A stretch of 64,000 bases of DNA, from the NCBI GenBank assembly GCA_963707915.1, contig OY970178.1, positions 2,752,001-2,816,000 on the forward strand, in the 5' to 3' direction. Below are positions 18,997-28,157 of this stretch, piece by piece. How positions within the stretch are numbered: the stretch's first letter is position 1; the number at the start of each line of letters is the position of its first letter. A program made the translations under genes and the position numbers. The DNA comes from Candidatus Eiseniibacteriota bacterium (GTDB lineage Bacteria; Eisenbacteria; RBG-16-71-46). The notes under the pieces are model-generated. The model worked only from the letters and a program-made list of their open reading frames with translations, was not told where the DNA came from and ran no database searches.

Positions 18997-19049
18997 CGCA
19001 CGCGACGAGGGCCCGGGCGTCCAACGCGCCCGGGCCCTCGTCGCGTGCG
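18997..19049. terminator. 23 bp perfect inverted repeat between convergent genes
   Basis: cgcacgcgacgagggcccgggcg / cgcccgggccctcgtcgcgtgcg with a 7 nt loop. Confidence 0.65.
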
Positions 19050-19062
19050 CGGCCGGGCTGCG

Positions 19063-19917
19063 TCAGTGCGCCGGCGCGCCGAAGCCGGCCTGCAGGACGC
19101 CCGCGACGTCCGTGGAGAGGCCGAAGCGCAGTTGCAGGCCGTCGGGCCCCGCTCCGCCGTCGGTGTCGACGGCGACGTCCACGAACGCCCACAGCATGCG
19201 GCGCGTCTCCTCGGGAGGGGCGGCCGCTTTCCCGGCCTTGGCGGGCGCGGAGCGGACGGGGGGCGGGAGGAGCCGCCCCTGGAGTGCGACGTGCGCGTCC
19301 CAGCGCGTCCCCGGGAAGTCGCGGCCGAAGGTGTCGTCGCGCCCCATGCCGACGTCGACGCAGGAGCCCTCGAACCAGCCCGCGGTCCGCTCGAAGCCGA
19401 AGCGGGCCTTGGTGATCGTGACGAACTCGGCGCCGCCGGTGCGGCCGAGCACGTAGGCGCCGCTCCAGCCGATGCGGAACGCCACGCCCGCGTTGGGGCG
19501 CACCAGCTCCAGCGGGACCAGCAGGTACGCGCCGGAACGCAGCATGAGGATCGGCTGCCGGATCAGCGGCTGCCCCGGCAGGAACGGCCCGAGCGTGCGC
19601 TCGTCGGTGAGCACTCCTGCCGTCAGGTGCAGCGCGGGTCGCGGGGCCTTCGGCATCGGGAGGTCGAGGACGCGGAAGTCGATGTCCACCTCGGGCGAGG
19701 TGGTGACGCCGTAGGCAAGGCCGAGCGAGTCGGCCTCGATCGAGTGGAAGCGGCTCACCGAACGGGCCACGCCGACCACCAGGCGGATCCGCTCGGTCTC
19801 CGCGCGGGCCTGCGCCGCGGGCAGGAGCAGGGCCAGGGCGAACCCCGCGATGGACGCCAGCCGGCAGGCCGCCGCGCGTCGCGCGGTGACGGGGCCACGC
19901 CAGGACGATGAACGCAT
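19063..19917 (-). CDS. Secreted or outer-membrane hypothetical protein
   Basis: GGAGG RBS, signal-like segment ending AQARA, alternating amphipathic beta strands. Confidence 0.55.
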   Translation of the reverse strand: MRSSSWRGPVTARRAAACRLASIAGFALALLLPAAQARAETERIRLVVGVARSVSRFHSIEADSLGLAYGVTTSPEVDIDFRVLDLPMPKAPRPALHLTAGVLTDERTLGPFLPGQPLIRQPILMLRSGAYLLVPLELVRPNAGVAFRIGWSGAYVLGRTGGAEFVTITKARFGFERTAGWFEGSCVDVGMGRDDTFGRDFPGTRWDAHVALQGRLLPPPVRSAPAKAGKAAAPPEETRRMLWAFVDVAVDTDGGAGPDGLQLRFGLSTDVAGVLQAGFGAPAH

Positions 19918-20107
19918 GCGACCTCCGCTCGGGTTTCCTGGGATGGGGTGCCGTCCGGGCATGCGCGGCACCCGGCCGTGGGCGCGGCACCCGGACTCTC
20001 CCTCCCAGTATCGGCAGCGGCGGCCCCGGTTTGACCCGGGGCGCGGGCCGCCGTTGGCCTGCCGGCGCGGTCGGGAGTACGTTCCCGCCCACCGGAGGGT
20101 CCTCGCG

Positions 20108-20773
20108 ATGGCCGTCTCGCTCGAGAAGTTCGCCCACCAGTACGTGCCCGCGCCGCGAGGCGGGGACGCCGTCACCTTCCTGCTGCTGCACGGCACGGGT
20201 GGCGGCGAGCGCGACCTGCTCCACCTTGGGCCGGTCCTGGACGAGGGCGCGGGCTTGCTCGCCCCGCGCGGGGAGTCCCTGGCGGGGGCCAGCCCGGCCT
20301 TCCTGCCCGGTGCAGTCGCCGGCGCGCTCGATCTCGACGAACTGCACGTGCGCACCTACGGGCTGGCCGACTGGGTCCGGGCGGCCGCGGCGGCCCACCG
20401 CTTCGATCCCGGCCGTGTCGTGGCGGTGGGGCACGCGAGCGGCGCCGACATGGCGGCGAGCCTGCTGCTGCTCGAGCCCGGGCTGCTCGCCGGCGCGGTG
20501 CTGTTCCGCCCGGCGCTGTCGCTCGAACCGGAGCGCACACCGCGCCTGCACGGCGTGGCGGTCCTGGTCGCCTCGGGGCGCGCGGACGAGAGCGTGCCGC
20601 CCGAGCGGATCGAGGGGCTCACTTACCAACTGCGCCGGGCCGGAGCGGACGTCACCCTGCACTGGGACAACGCGGGGCACGAGATCGACTCGCGCGAGAC
20701 CGCCGCGGCGCGCGAATGGCTGCGTCGCCGCCGCCTCGCGCGCGGCCTCACGGTGCACGACCCGCCGCTGTGA
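20108..20773 (+). CDS. Phospholipase/carboxylesterase-family alpha/beta hydrolase with an atypical nucleophile motif
   Basis: LLLHGTGG.E.DL, APRG, GHASGADMAASLL, G.AD..VP, AGHEI. Confidence 0.75.
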   Translation: MAVSLEKFAHQYVPAPRGGDAVTFLLLHGTGGGERDLLHLGPVLDEGAGLLAPRGESLAGASPAFLPGAVAGALDLDELHVRTYGLADWVRAAAAAHRFDPGRVVAVGHASGADMAASLLLLEPGLLAGAVLFRPALSLEPERTPRLHGVAVLVASGRADESVPPERIEGLTYQLRRAGADVTLHWDNAGHEIDSRETAAAREWLRRRRLARGLTVHDPPL

Positions 20774-20857
20774 GCCGTCCGGAAGTGAGGCTCCGACCGG
20801 CGCGCGTCCGCAGGAAGTGCTAGGCCCGACGCCGCAAGAGGAGCTCTGCACCCCAGG

Positions 20858-21671
20858 ATGACCTTCACCAATTCCGCGGTCCTGCCCTTCCTGCTGCTGA
20901 CCTGGCTGCTCTGGCTCCCCGCCGGGCGCACCGGCCGCAAGTGGGTGCTGATCGCGGCCAGCCTGCTGTTCTACGGCGCCTGGGACCTGCGCTTCCTGGC
21001 GTTGCTCGGCGCGGTCTGGTCGGTGGTGTTCGTCGTGCCGCAGGCCATCGCGCGCACGGCCGACCCCCGTGCGCGGTCGCGGCTCGTGACGCTGGGCGTC
21101 ACGGTCCTGGTCGGGCTGCTGGTCGTCTTCAAGTACCTGGGGTTCTTCGCGCAGGCGGCCGAGGGCCTGGCCCGCGCCTGAGGGCTCCCCGCCGCCGACG
21201 TCACCCTCCGGGTCATGCTCCCGGTGGGCATCTCCTTCTATACGTTCCAGGCCATCGGCGACCTGCTCGACGTCCACTGGGGGCGGGTCGCGGCCTCGCG
21301 CTCGGTGCCGGACACCGCGCTGTACGTCTGTTTCTTCCCGCTCGTGCTCGCGGGGCCGATCGAGCGCGGCGCGCGGTGGCTCCCGCAGCTCGAGCGATAC
21401 CATCCGGTCCGCCTGGAACACCTGCGCGACGGCTTCGAGCGGATGCTGCTCGGCGGCCTGCTTAAGGTGGGGATCGCCGATCCGATCGCGCCCTTCTGCA
21501 ACGACATCTTCGCCCGGGCGGGCTCGGCCGGCTCCGGCGAGCTGCTCTTCGGCGCCTACGCCTACTCGCTGCAGATCTTGACCGACTTCGCCGGCTACAG
21601 CCTGATCGCGCGGGGCGCCGCCGGCTGCTTCGGCTACGAGGCCGTCAACAACTTCGAGCAGCCGTACTTCT
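20858..21671 (+). pseudogene. MBOAT (AlgI/DltB-like) O-acyltransferase, with an in-frame TGA at 21179-21181 and truncated after NNFEQPYF
   Basis: ASLLFYGAWD, FKYLGFF, LPVGISFYTFQ, FFP..LAGPIER, YSLQILTDFAGYS, NF..PY. The C-terminal half with the catalytic His is missing. Confidence 0.8.
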
Positions 21672-21929
21672 GGCGTCCTCTACGTCACCGGCAACCTGAC
21701 GATGAACGGCAACTTCACCTACCGCGGGCTGGTCTACGTCGAGGGGGACCTGCAGATCAACGGCGGCGCGTGGGTCCTGGGCGGGCTGATCGTGAAGGGC
21801 ATCACCGACATCAAGCTCGCCAACGGCACGGCCTCGGTCTTCTACAGTTCCGAGATGATCTCGCAGGCGGCGTCGAGCGCGGGCGGGAGCTTCCAGCGCC
21901 TCTCCTGGCGCGAGGTGCCCGCGAACTGA
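21672..21929 (+). pseudogene. C-terminal fragment of a PilX-like pilus assembly protein
   Basis: GVLYVTGNLTMNGNFTYRGLVYVEGDLQINGG...GGLIVKG...LSWRE-type ending; no N-terminus present. Confidence 0.55.
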
Positions 21930-21957
21930 CCGTCGCGGCCCCTGGCCCGGGGCCGCC

Positions 21958-22800
21958 TCAGACGATCTCGAGCGCCGGTGCCGCGGCGATCGCGCCGGCG
22001 GCCCGCGCGCGCTCGTAGAGCCGCGCCAGCGCGCGCCGGCCCAGTTCGCCCATGTCGAGCGTGAGGTCGTTCACGTACATGTGGACGAACGTCCGGCCCT
22101 GGCCGGTGTCGAGGCCGCGCCCGAACTGCAGGGCGTAGGCGATGGCCTCGTCCTCGTGCTCGAGCGCGGCCTGGATGGAGGCGCGGAAGCCGACGCTCAC
22201 CGCGCGCATCAGCCCCGGCCCCAGGTCGCGGCGCACCACGTCGAGCCCGAGCGGCACCGGCAGCCCGTCGCGCTCCTGCCACAATTCGCCGAAGTCGAGC
22301 ACCTTCACCAGCCCCTCCTCGCGGTAGGTCAGCTGGCTCTCGTGGATGATCACGCCGGCCTCGACCTCGCCCGCGAGCACCGCGGCCGGGATGCGGTCGA
22401 ACATCACGTCCACCGGCACGCAGTCCGGGCACTCGCAGCGCAGCAGCAGCGCGGCGGTGGTAAGCGGGCCGGGGACCGCCACGCGCCGTCCGCGCAGCGA
22501 CTCGAGCGTGCGCGGTTCGCGCGCGACGAGCACCGGGCCGACCCCGTGGCCCATCGAGGCGCCGCAGGCCAGCACGGCGTAGCGGTCGGCGAGGAAGCTG
22601 TAGGCGTGCGCCGAGACCGCGGTGATCTCGAGGTCGGCGCGCTCGAGGGCGCGGCGGTTGAGGCTCTGGATGTCCTCGAGCACGTGCTCGACCCGGCAGC
22701 CCTCGACCGCGGCGAGGCCGGCGTGGAAGCCGTAGAACATGTAGGCGTCGTCGGCGTCGGGGCTGTGCCCGAAGCGCAGGGTGCGCGGTGCGGCGTTCAC
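21958..22800 (-). CDS. mqnD: 1,4-dihydroxy-6-naphthoate synthase MqnD (MqnA/MqnD family)
   Basis: GHSPDADDAYMFY, DIQSLN, SMGHGVGP, PGPLTTA, GVIIHESQLTY, LPVPLG, FVHMYVN. Confidence 0.85.
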   Translation of the reverse strand: MNAAPRTLRFGHSPDADDAYMFYGFHAGLAAVEGCRVEHVLEDIQSLNRRALERADLEITAVSAHAYSFLADRYAVLACGASMGHGVGPVLVAREPRTLESLRGRRVAVPGPLTTAALLLRCECPDCVPVDVMFDRIPAAVLAGEVEAGVIIHESQLTYREEGLVKVLDFGELWQERDGLPVPLGLDVVRRDLGPGLMRAVSVGFRASIQAALEHEDEAIAYALQFGRGLDTGQGRTFVHMYVNDLTLDMGELGRRALARLYERARAAGAIAAAPALEIV

Positions 22801-23954
22801 GATGACCTCCCGGCGCCGCGGGCCGCGGCCGCGGTCGGGCGCCCCGCGGCGTGGCCCGCCGCCTGCTCCCAGATGAAGGTGCGCAGCGGGTCGAGCCCGG
22901 CGCCGGTCTTGGCCGAGACCAGGAACGCGCCGGGGTACTGGGCCTCGAGCCCCGCGACCACGTCCTCGTCCCCGACCAGGTCGAGCTTGTTGAAGACCAG
23001 CACGGTGGGCCGCGGCTCGCCGAGCAACTCCTCGAGCACGCCCTCGACCGCCTGCATCTGCCGCAGGATGTCGGGATCCGCGGCGTCCACCACGTGGAGC
23101 AGCAGGTCGGCCTCGACCGCCTCGACCAGCGTGCTGTGGAACGAGGCCACCAGGTGGTGCGGCAGCTTGCGGATGAACCCCACGGTGTCGGTGAGCAGGG
23201 CCAGGTGGCGCGCGGGGCTCACCATCTGCCGCGTGGTGGCGTCGAGCGTGGCGAAGAGCCGGTCCTCGACGAACACCGTCGAGCGGGTGAGCGCGTTGAA
23301 CAGCGTGCTCTTGCCGGCGTTGGTGTAGCCCACCAGCGCGGTGCGGAAGTGGTCGCGCCGGCGGCGGCGCTGGGTCTCCCGCTCCCGCTCGACGCTCTCG
23401 AGCGCGAGCTTCAGGCGCGCGATCTTCTCGCGCACGATGCGCCGGTCGGTCTCGAGCTGGGTCTCGCCCGGGCCGCGCACGCCGATGCCGCCGGCCTGCC
23501 GCTCGAGGTGTTTCCACATGCCGGTCAGCCGCGGCAGCGTGTACTGCAGCTGCGCCAGCTCCACCTGCAGGCGCGACTCCCGCGAGCGGGCGCGGCTCGC
23601 GAAGATGTCGAGGATCAGCTCCGAGCGGTCCACCACCTTGGCCTCCAGCTCCTTCTCGAGGTTGCGCACCTGCGAGGGCGAGAGGTCGTCGTTGAACAGC
23701 ACCAGGTCGGCCTCGACCTCCCCGACCAGCGCCTTGAGGTCCGCCAGCTTGCCCTTGCCGAGGAAGCTGCGCGGGTGCACCTCGCCGCGGCGCTGCACCA
23801 GCTCGCCCAGCACGCGCGCGCCGGCGGTGTCGGCGAGCCGGCGCAGCTCCTCGAGCGAGCGCGGCAGGTCGCGGCCGTCGCGGCCGGCGTGCCCGACCAG
23901 CACGGCGCGCTCGGCCTTCGGCGGGTTCGCGACCTCGTGCGAGCGCGGCTTCAC
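22797..23954 (-). CDS. hflX: GTPase HflX
   Basis: GKGK, ILDIFASRA, GPGETQLETDRR, GYTNAGKS, LFATLD, DTVGFI, NKLD, SAKTG. Confidence 0.95.
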   Translation of the reverse strand: MKPRSHEVANPPKAERAVLVGHAGRDGRDLPRSLEELRRLADTAGARVLGELVQRRGEVHPRSFLGKGKLADLKALVGEVEADLVLFNDDLSPSQVRNLEKELEAKVVDRSELILDIFASRARSRESRLQVELAQLQYTLPRLTGMWKHLERQAGGIGVRGPGETQLETDRRIVREKIARLKLALESVERERETQRRRRRDHFRTALVGYTNAGKSTLFNALTRSTVFVEDRLFATLDATTRQMVSPARHLALLTDTVGFIRKLPHHLVASFHSTLVEAVEADLLLHVVDAADPDILRQMQAVEGVLEELLGEPRPTVLVFNKLDLVGDEDVVAGLEAQYPGAFLVSAKTGAGLDPLRTFIWEQAAGHAAGRPTAAAARGAGRSS

Positions 23955-25198
23955 CCGCGGGTCTCGATCTCGAGCCCGGTGGGGAAGGAGGTCAGGTTCT
24001 CGACCGTGCCGTCGGCGCGGACGTGGACCAGGTCCTCGATCCGGCACCCCATGCCGCGCTCCGGGTAGTAGAGCCCGGGCTCGACCGTGACCACCATGCC
24101 GGGCTCGAGCACCACGGTGTTGGTGGGCGGCCCGCCGAGCAGCGGCGGGTCGTGCACCGAGAGCCCCACGCCGTGGCCGAGGTTGTGAACGTAGCCCTCC
24201 TGCGTCGCCTCGTTCGTGCGCCGGGTGGCGTGCCCGTACCGCTCGAAGACGTCGCAGGCCACGTCCTGGAACGAGCGGCAGGGCCGGCCCGCGGCGAGCG
24301 CGGCCTTCGCGGCGCTGAACGCTTCGTGCGTCTGCGCGTAGAGCTCCCGCAGCGGCGCCGGTGCGGGCCCCATGCAGAAGGTGCGCGTCATGTCGGAGTG
24401 GTAGCCGCCGCCGGTCTCGCCCGGGAAGATGTCCACGATCAGCGAGCGGCCGGCGGTGAGCGGCTCGTCGTCGTCGCCGCGGTTGTGCGGCACGCCGGCG
24501 TCGCGCCCCTGCGAGACGATGCTGTCGCCCTGGTCCTCGGCGAGCCCGTGCTCGAGGAACTCGCGGTGCAGGACGCGGCGCAGGTCGCCGAGCTTCACCG
24601 GCCCGGAGCCGTCGGCGCGGAAGTGCTCGCCGTCGCGCCGCAGCGACTCCAGGAATCCGCGCAGCCGGCCCATGGCCGCCACGGTGCCGCGCGCGGCGCG
24701 GCGGATGGCCTCGACCTCGTCGGGGTCCTTGGTGGTGCGGGCCTGCAGCATCAGGTCGGGGTGCCCCGAGTCGACGCTGAGCGCCGGGTTCGCCTCGATC
24801 ATGCGCAGCACCAGCGTGTGGGCGAAGCCGGCCGGCAGGTCGCCGAACAGCCCGATCCGGCCCTCGATCGCGAGCGTGGCGCAGCTCTCGCCGATGAGCC
24901 GGCCGAAGGCGCGCGCCGGGTGACCGCCCTCCTCGGCGAGGATGCGCGGGAGGGCGTGCTGCGGGAAGCCGGAGTGCTCGCATCCCACCGCCGCCGCCTG
25001 GTCGCGCTCCATCGGGTCGTGGATGAGGTGCGCGCGGGGCGGATCGCCGTCGGCCGCGCCGGGGGCGCGCAGGTAGACCCCGTAGTGGAGCTTCTGGCCG
25101 GTGACGTAGTGCATGGCCGGGCTGTAGCGGTCGTGGGCGAACACGACCATTCCCGCCAGCCCGCGTTCCCGCATGAGTCGGTCGAGATCCCTGCGCAT
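23951..25198 (-). CDS. Xaa-Pro peptidase, family M24
   Basis: K.PDEVEAIR, PH, IVDIFP, YHSDMTRTF, HNLGHGVGLSVHD, TVEPGLY, RIED. Confidence 0.9.
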   Translation of the reverse strand: MRRDLDRLMRERGLAGMVVFAHDRYSPAMHYVTGQKLHYGVYLRAPGAADGDPPRAHLIHDPMERDQAAAVGCEHSGFPQHALPRILAEEGGHPARAFGRLIGESCATLAIEGRIGLFGDLPAGFAHTLVLRMIEANPALSVDSGHPDLMLQARTTKDPDEVEAIRRAARGTVAAMGRLRGFLESLRRDGEHFRADGSGPVKLGDLRRVLHREFLEHGLAEDQGDSIVSQGRDAGVPHNRGDDDEPLTAGRSLIVDIFPGETGGGYHSDMTRTFCMGPAPAPLRELYAQTHEAFSAAKAALAAGRPCRSFQDVACDVFERYGHATRRTNEATQEGYVHNLGHGVGLSVHDPPLLGGPPTNTVVLEPGMVVTVEPGLYYPERGMGCRIEDLVHVRADGTVENLTSFPTGLEIETRG

Positions 25199-25270
25199 GT
25201 GCCCCTCCCGGGTTCGATGGATGACGCGGATGCTAGTGCATCGCGCGGGGGATTGCGAAGCCGCCCGCCG

Positions 25271-25960
25271 TCACGCCACGCGGGCCCGTGAGATGCGCAC
25301 GGCGATGACCACCCGCATCACCAGCAGGCCGGCGGCGAAGCCCCCGACGTGCGCCCAGAAGGCGATCCCGCCGCTGCCCGAGGCGCCCAGCGCGCCCAGG
25401 CCCAGCACGAATTGGAACAGGAACCAGAGTCCGAGCAGGAAGAACGCGGGCAGCGCGACCACCCGGATGAACGGGAAGAGCGGCAGCAGGGTGAACACGC
25501 GCGCGCGCGGGAACTTCGCGACGTAGGCCCCCAGCACCGCCGCGATCGCGCCGCTGGCCCCGACCGTCGGCACCGCGGCGACCGGGCCGGTGAGATAGTG
25601 CAGCAGCGTGGCCACGACGCCGCAGGCGAGGTAGAAGACCAGGAAGCCGGCGTGGCCCAGGACGTCCTCGACGTTGTCGCCAAAGATCCACAGGTACCAG
25701 AGGTTCCCGACCAGGTGGGACCAGCCGCCGTGCAGGAACATGGAGGTCAGCAGGGGGAGCACGGCCGGCAGCAGCGGGGCGTCGCCGTAGCGCGCCGCCA
25801 GCGTGAGACGCACCGGGACGAAGCCCCACTCGAAGAGGAACGGCCGCAGTCCCGGGCCGAGCAGCACCTCGTAGACGAAGGCGGCCAGGTTCAGCACGAT
25901 GAGCGCGCGCGTGACCAGCGGCACGGTCGCCGACGGGTTCTCGTTGCGCAGTGGGATCAA
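25271..25960 (-). CDS. Rhomboid intramembrane serine protease
   Basis: SMFLHGGWSHLVGN, FGDNVED, GASG, AFWAHVGGF; TTG start with GGAGG RBS. Confidence 0.92.
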   Translation of the reverse strand: MIPLRNENPSATVPLVTRALIVLNLAAFVYEVLLGPGLRPFLFEWGFVPVRLTLAARYGDAPLLPAVLPLLTSMFLHGGWSHLVGNLWYLWIFGDNVEDVLGHAGFLVFYLACGVVATLLHYLTGPVAAVPTVGASGAIAAVLGAYVAKFPRARVFTLLPLFPFIRVVALPAFFLLGLWFLFQFVLGLGALGASGSGGIAFWAHVGGFAAGLLVMRVVIAVRISRARVA

Positions 25961-26047
25961 GCGGCCCTCCGCGGGCGCGCGTCGGGTCCGGTTCGCGGAG
26001 CGGACCCGGGCTCGGCCGGGGCCGGGAACCCGGCCGAGCCCCGCCGG

Positions 26048-26076
26048 TTGACGCCTCCCGGGCCGCTTCCTATCCT
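26048..26076 (+). promoter_or_regulatory. Putative sigma70 promoter for trxA
   Basis: TTGACG-N17-TATCCT. Confidence 0.5.
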
Positions 26077-26170
26077 GCCGAGGTCAGCCACCCCGAGCGT
26101 ATCCTTGGCGCCCGTCCCGGCATCCAACGGGTGTCCATACGAAGTCTTCGACCCCCGTGGAGGTTCTTTC

Positions 26171-26494
26171 ATGTCCAACGCACCCGCCGTCACCAGTGGG
26201 AATTTCGCCACCGAGGTCCTCCAGTCGCCGCTGCCGGTGCTGGTGGATTTCTGGGCCGCCTGGTGCGGTCCCTGCCGGGCCGTCGCGCCCACCGTCGAGG
26301 CGCTCGCCAGCGAGTACGCGGGCAAGCTGAAGGTCGTGAAGCTGGACGTGGACGAATCCGGTGACGTGGCGGGCCAGTTCGGGGTCCAGAGCATCCCGAC
26401 CCTGATCCTCTTCAAGGGTGGACAGCCCGTCGAACGGCTGGTCGGCAACCACCCGAAGCCGGCGATCGTTTCCCGGATCCAGCAGTACCTCTAG
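26171..26494 (+). CDS. trxA: Thioredoxin
   Basis: DFWAAWCGPC, SIPTL, GGAGG RBS. Confidence 0.95.
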   Translation: MSNAPAVTSGNFATEVLQSPLPVLVDFWAAWCGPCRAVAPTVEALASEYAGKLKVVKLDVDESGDVAGQFGVQSIPTLILFKGGQPVERLVGNHPKPAIVSRIQQYL

Positions 26495-26524
26495 GCCCCG
26501 GAGCCTCACGGGACGGCCCGCGCC

Positions 26525-28156
26525 TCATGGTGCGGGCCGTCCCGCTCGTTCCGGGCCGGGGCTGCCGTGCAGTCCGTCGCGCAGGCGGAACAACTCCGCG
26601 AGGACGCCCGGCAGGGCCTCGGTGACGTCGCCGGCGCCGAAGCCGACCGGCCCGATGGCGCGGGCGCAGTGGTCGGCCGCGAGTCCGTGCACGTAGACCG
26701 CGGCGCGGGCCGCGTCGTAGGGCGACAGGCCCTGCGCCAGCAGCGCGGCCGCGATGCCGGCGAGCACGTCGCCCATCCCGGCGGTGGCCATCCCGGGGTT
26801 GCCGGTGGGGTTCACGGTTGCGCGGCCATCGGGACCCGCGACGACGGTGGGCGCGCCCTTGAGCACGAGCACGCAGCCCCACTTCATCGCCCACTCGCGG
26901 CACGCGTCCATGCGGTGCAGCTCGAGCTCGGCCGCCGCGATCCCGCTGAGCCGCGACATCTCGCCGAGGTGCGGCGTGAGCACGCGCGCCGCGCGCGCCG
27001 TCCCCGCTGGCGCGGCCGACAGCCGCCCGCCATGACCCACGAAGGCGTTCAGCCCGTCCGCGTCGAGCAGCACCGGGCAGGGGCTCCCGGCCACCAGCCG
27101 CCGTGCGAGCTCCGCGGCCCCGGCGTCGCGCGAGAGCCCCGAGCCCACCACCAGCGCGTCCACCGCCGCGGCGCGCGCCAGGATGGCGTCGGCCGCGGCG
27201 GGGGCGAGCGCGCGGCCCGCGCCCTGCGCCACGGCGAGCGTCATCTCCTCGGTGAGCTTGACCTCGAGGATGTCGTGGAGCCCCTCGGGCACCGCGCACT
27301 GCACGGATCCGGCGCCCGCGCGGGTCGCGGCGCGCGCGGCGAGCGCCACCGCGCCGGTGAGCCCGGGCGAGCCTCCCGCGACCAGGACCCGGCCGACCGA
27401 GCCCTTGTGGGCCCGCGGGTCGCGCAGCGGCAGCAGCGACGCGATCTCCTCCGCGGTGGCCAGCGTGAAGGGGAAGCCGGCGGCATCGCCGTCGCCGGCG
27501 ACCAGCCCGATGTCGACGACCTCGAGCGCGCCGGCGAAGGCGCGTCCCGGGTAGAGGAAGTGCCCGCGCTTGGGCGCGCCGAAGGTCACGGTGAGGTCGG
27601 CGCGCACCGCACGCCGGGCGATGGCGCCGGTGTCGGCGTTCACCCCGGTGGGCAGGTCCACGGCCACGATCGAGGTGCCGCGCTCGTCCAGCTCGCGCAG
27701 CGCCTGCACGGCGGCGGCCGCCAGCCCCTCGGGCTCGCCCTGCGCGCCGGTGCCCAGCACGGCATCCAGCGCGAAGTCCCACCGGTCGCGCGTGGCGAGC
27801 AGGCGCGCCAGGTCGGCCTCGTCCTCGAGGGCCGTCGCCTCGAGCCCGTCCGCCTGCATGCGGTCGAAGTGGACGCGCGCGTCGCCGCGCACTCGCGCGA
27901 GCGGCCCCACCACGCCCACCGCGACCGTGGCGCCGCGGGCGCGAAGCAGGCGCGCGGCCACGAACCCGTCGCCGCCGTTGTTGCCCGGGCCCGAGAGCAC
28001 CAGCACGCGCAGGCCCAGCGGCGACCCGTAGCGCCGCTCCATCGCCGCGACCACGCCCGCGCCGGCGCGCTCCATCAGGCCGGGGCCGGGGACGAAGCCG
28101 CCCTCGATCGTGGCCCGGTCCAGCCGGCGCATCTCGTCCGCGGTCAGCAGGCGCAT
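26525..28156 (-). CDS. nnr: Bifunctional NAD(P)H-hydrate epimerase/dehydratase
   Basis: LMERAG, GPGNNGGDG, DAVLGTG, DLPTG, HKGSVG, LDADGL, LTPHLGE, LKGAPT, MATAGMGDVLAG. Confidence 0.95.
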   Translation of the reverse strand: MRLLTADEMRRLDRATIEGGFVPGPGLMERAGAGVVAAMERRYGSPLGLRVLVLSGPGNNGGDGFVAARLLRARGATVAVGVVGPLARVRGDARVHFDRMQADGLEATALEDEADLARLLATRDRWDFALDAVLGTGAQGEPEGLAAAAVQALRELDERGTSIVAVDLPTGVNADTGAIARRAVRADLTVTFGAPKRGHFLYPGRAFAGALEVVDIGLVAGDGDAAGFPFTLATAEEIASLLPLRDPRAHKGSVGRVLVAGGSPGLTGAVALAARAATRAGAGSVQCAVPEGLHDILEVKLTEEMTLAVAQGAGRALAPAAADAILARAAAVDALVVGSGLSRDAGAAELARRLVAGSPCPVLLDADGLNAFVGHGGRLSAAPAGTARAARVLTPHLGEMSRLSGIAAAELELHRMDACREWAMKWGCVLVLKGAPTVVAGPDGRATVNPTGNPGMATAGMGDVLAGIAAALLAQGLSPYDAARAAVYVHGLAADHCARAIGPVGFGAGDVTEALPGVLAELFRLRDGLHGSPGPERAGRPAP

Positions 28157-28157
28157 G

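Noticed and set aside
21179..21181. In-frame TGA as selenocysteine or recoding
   Set aside because: It lies in a non-catalytic loop of a gene that is also truncated, no SECIS-like element is evident, and TGA is the usual stop elsewhere in the window.
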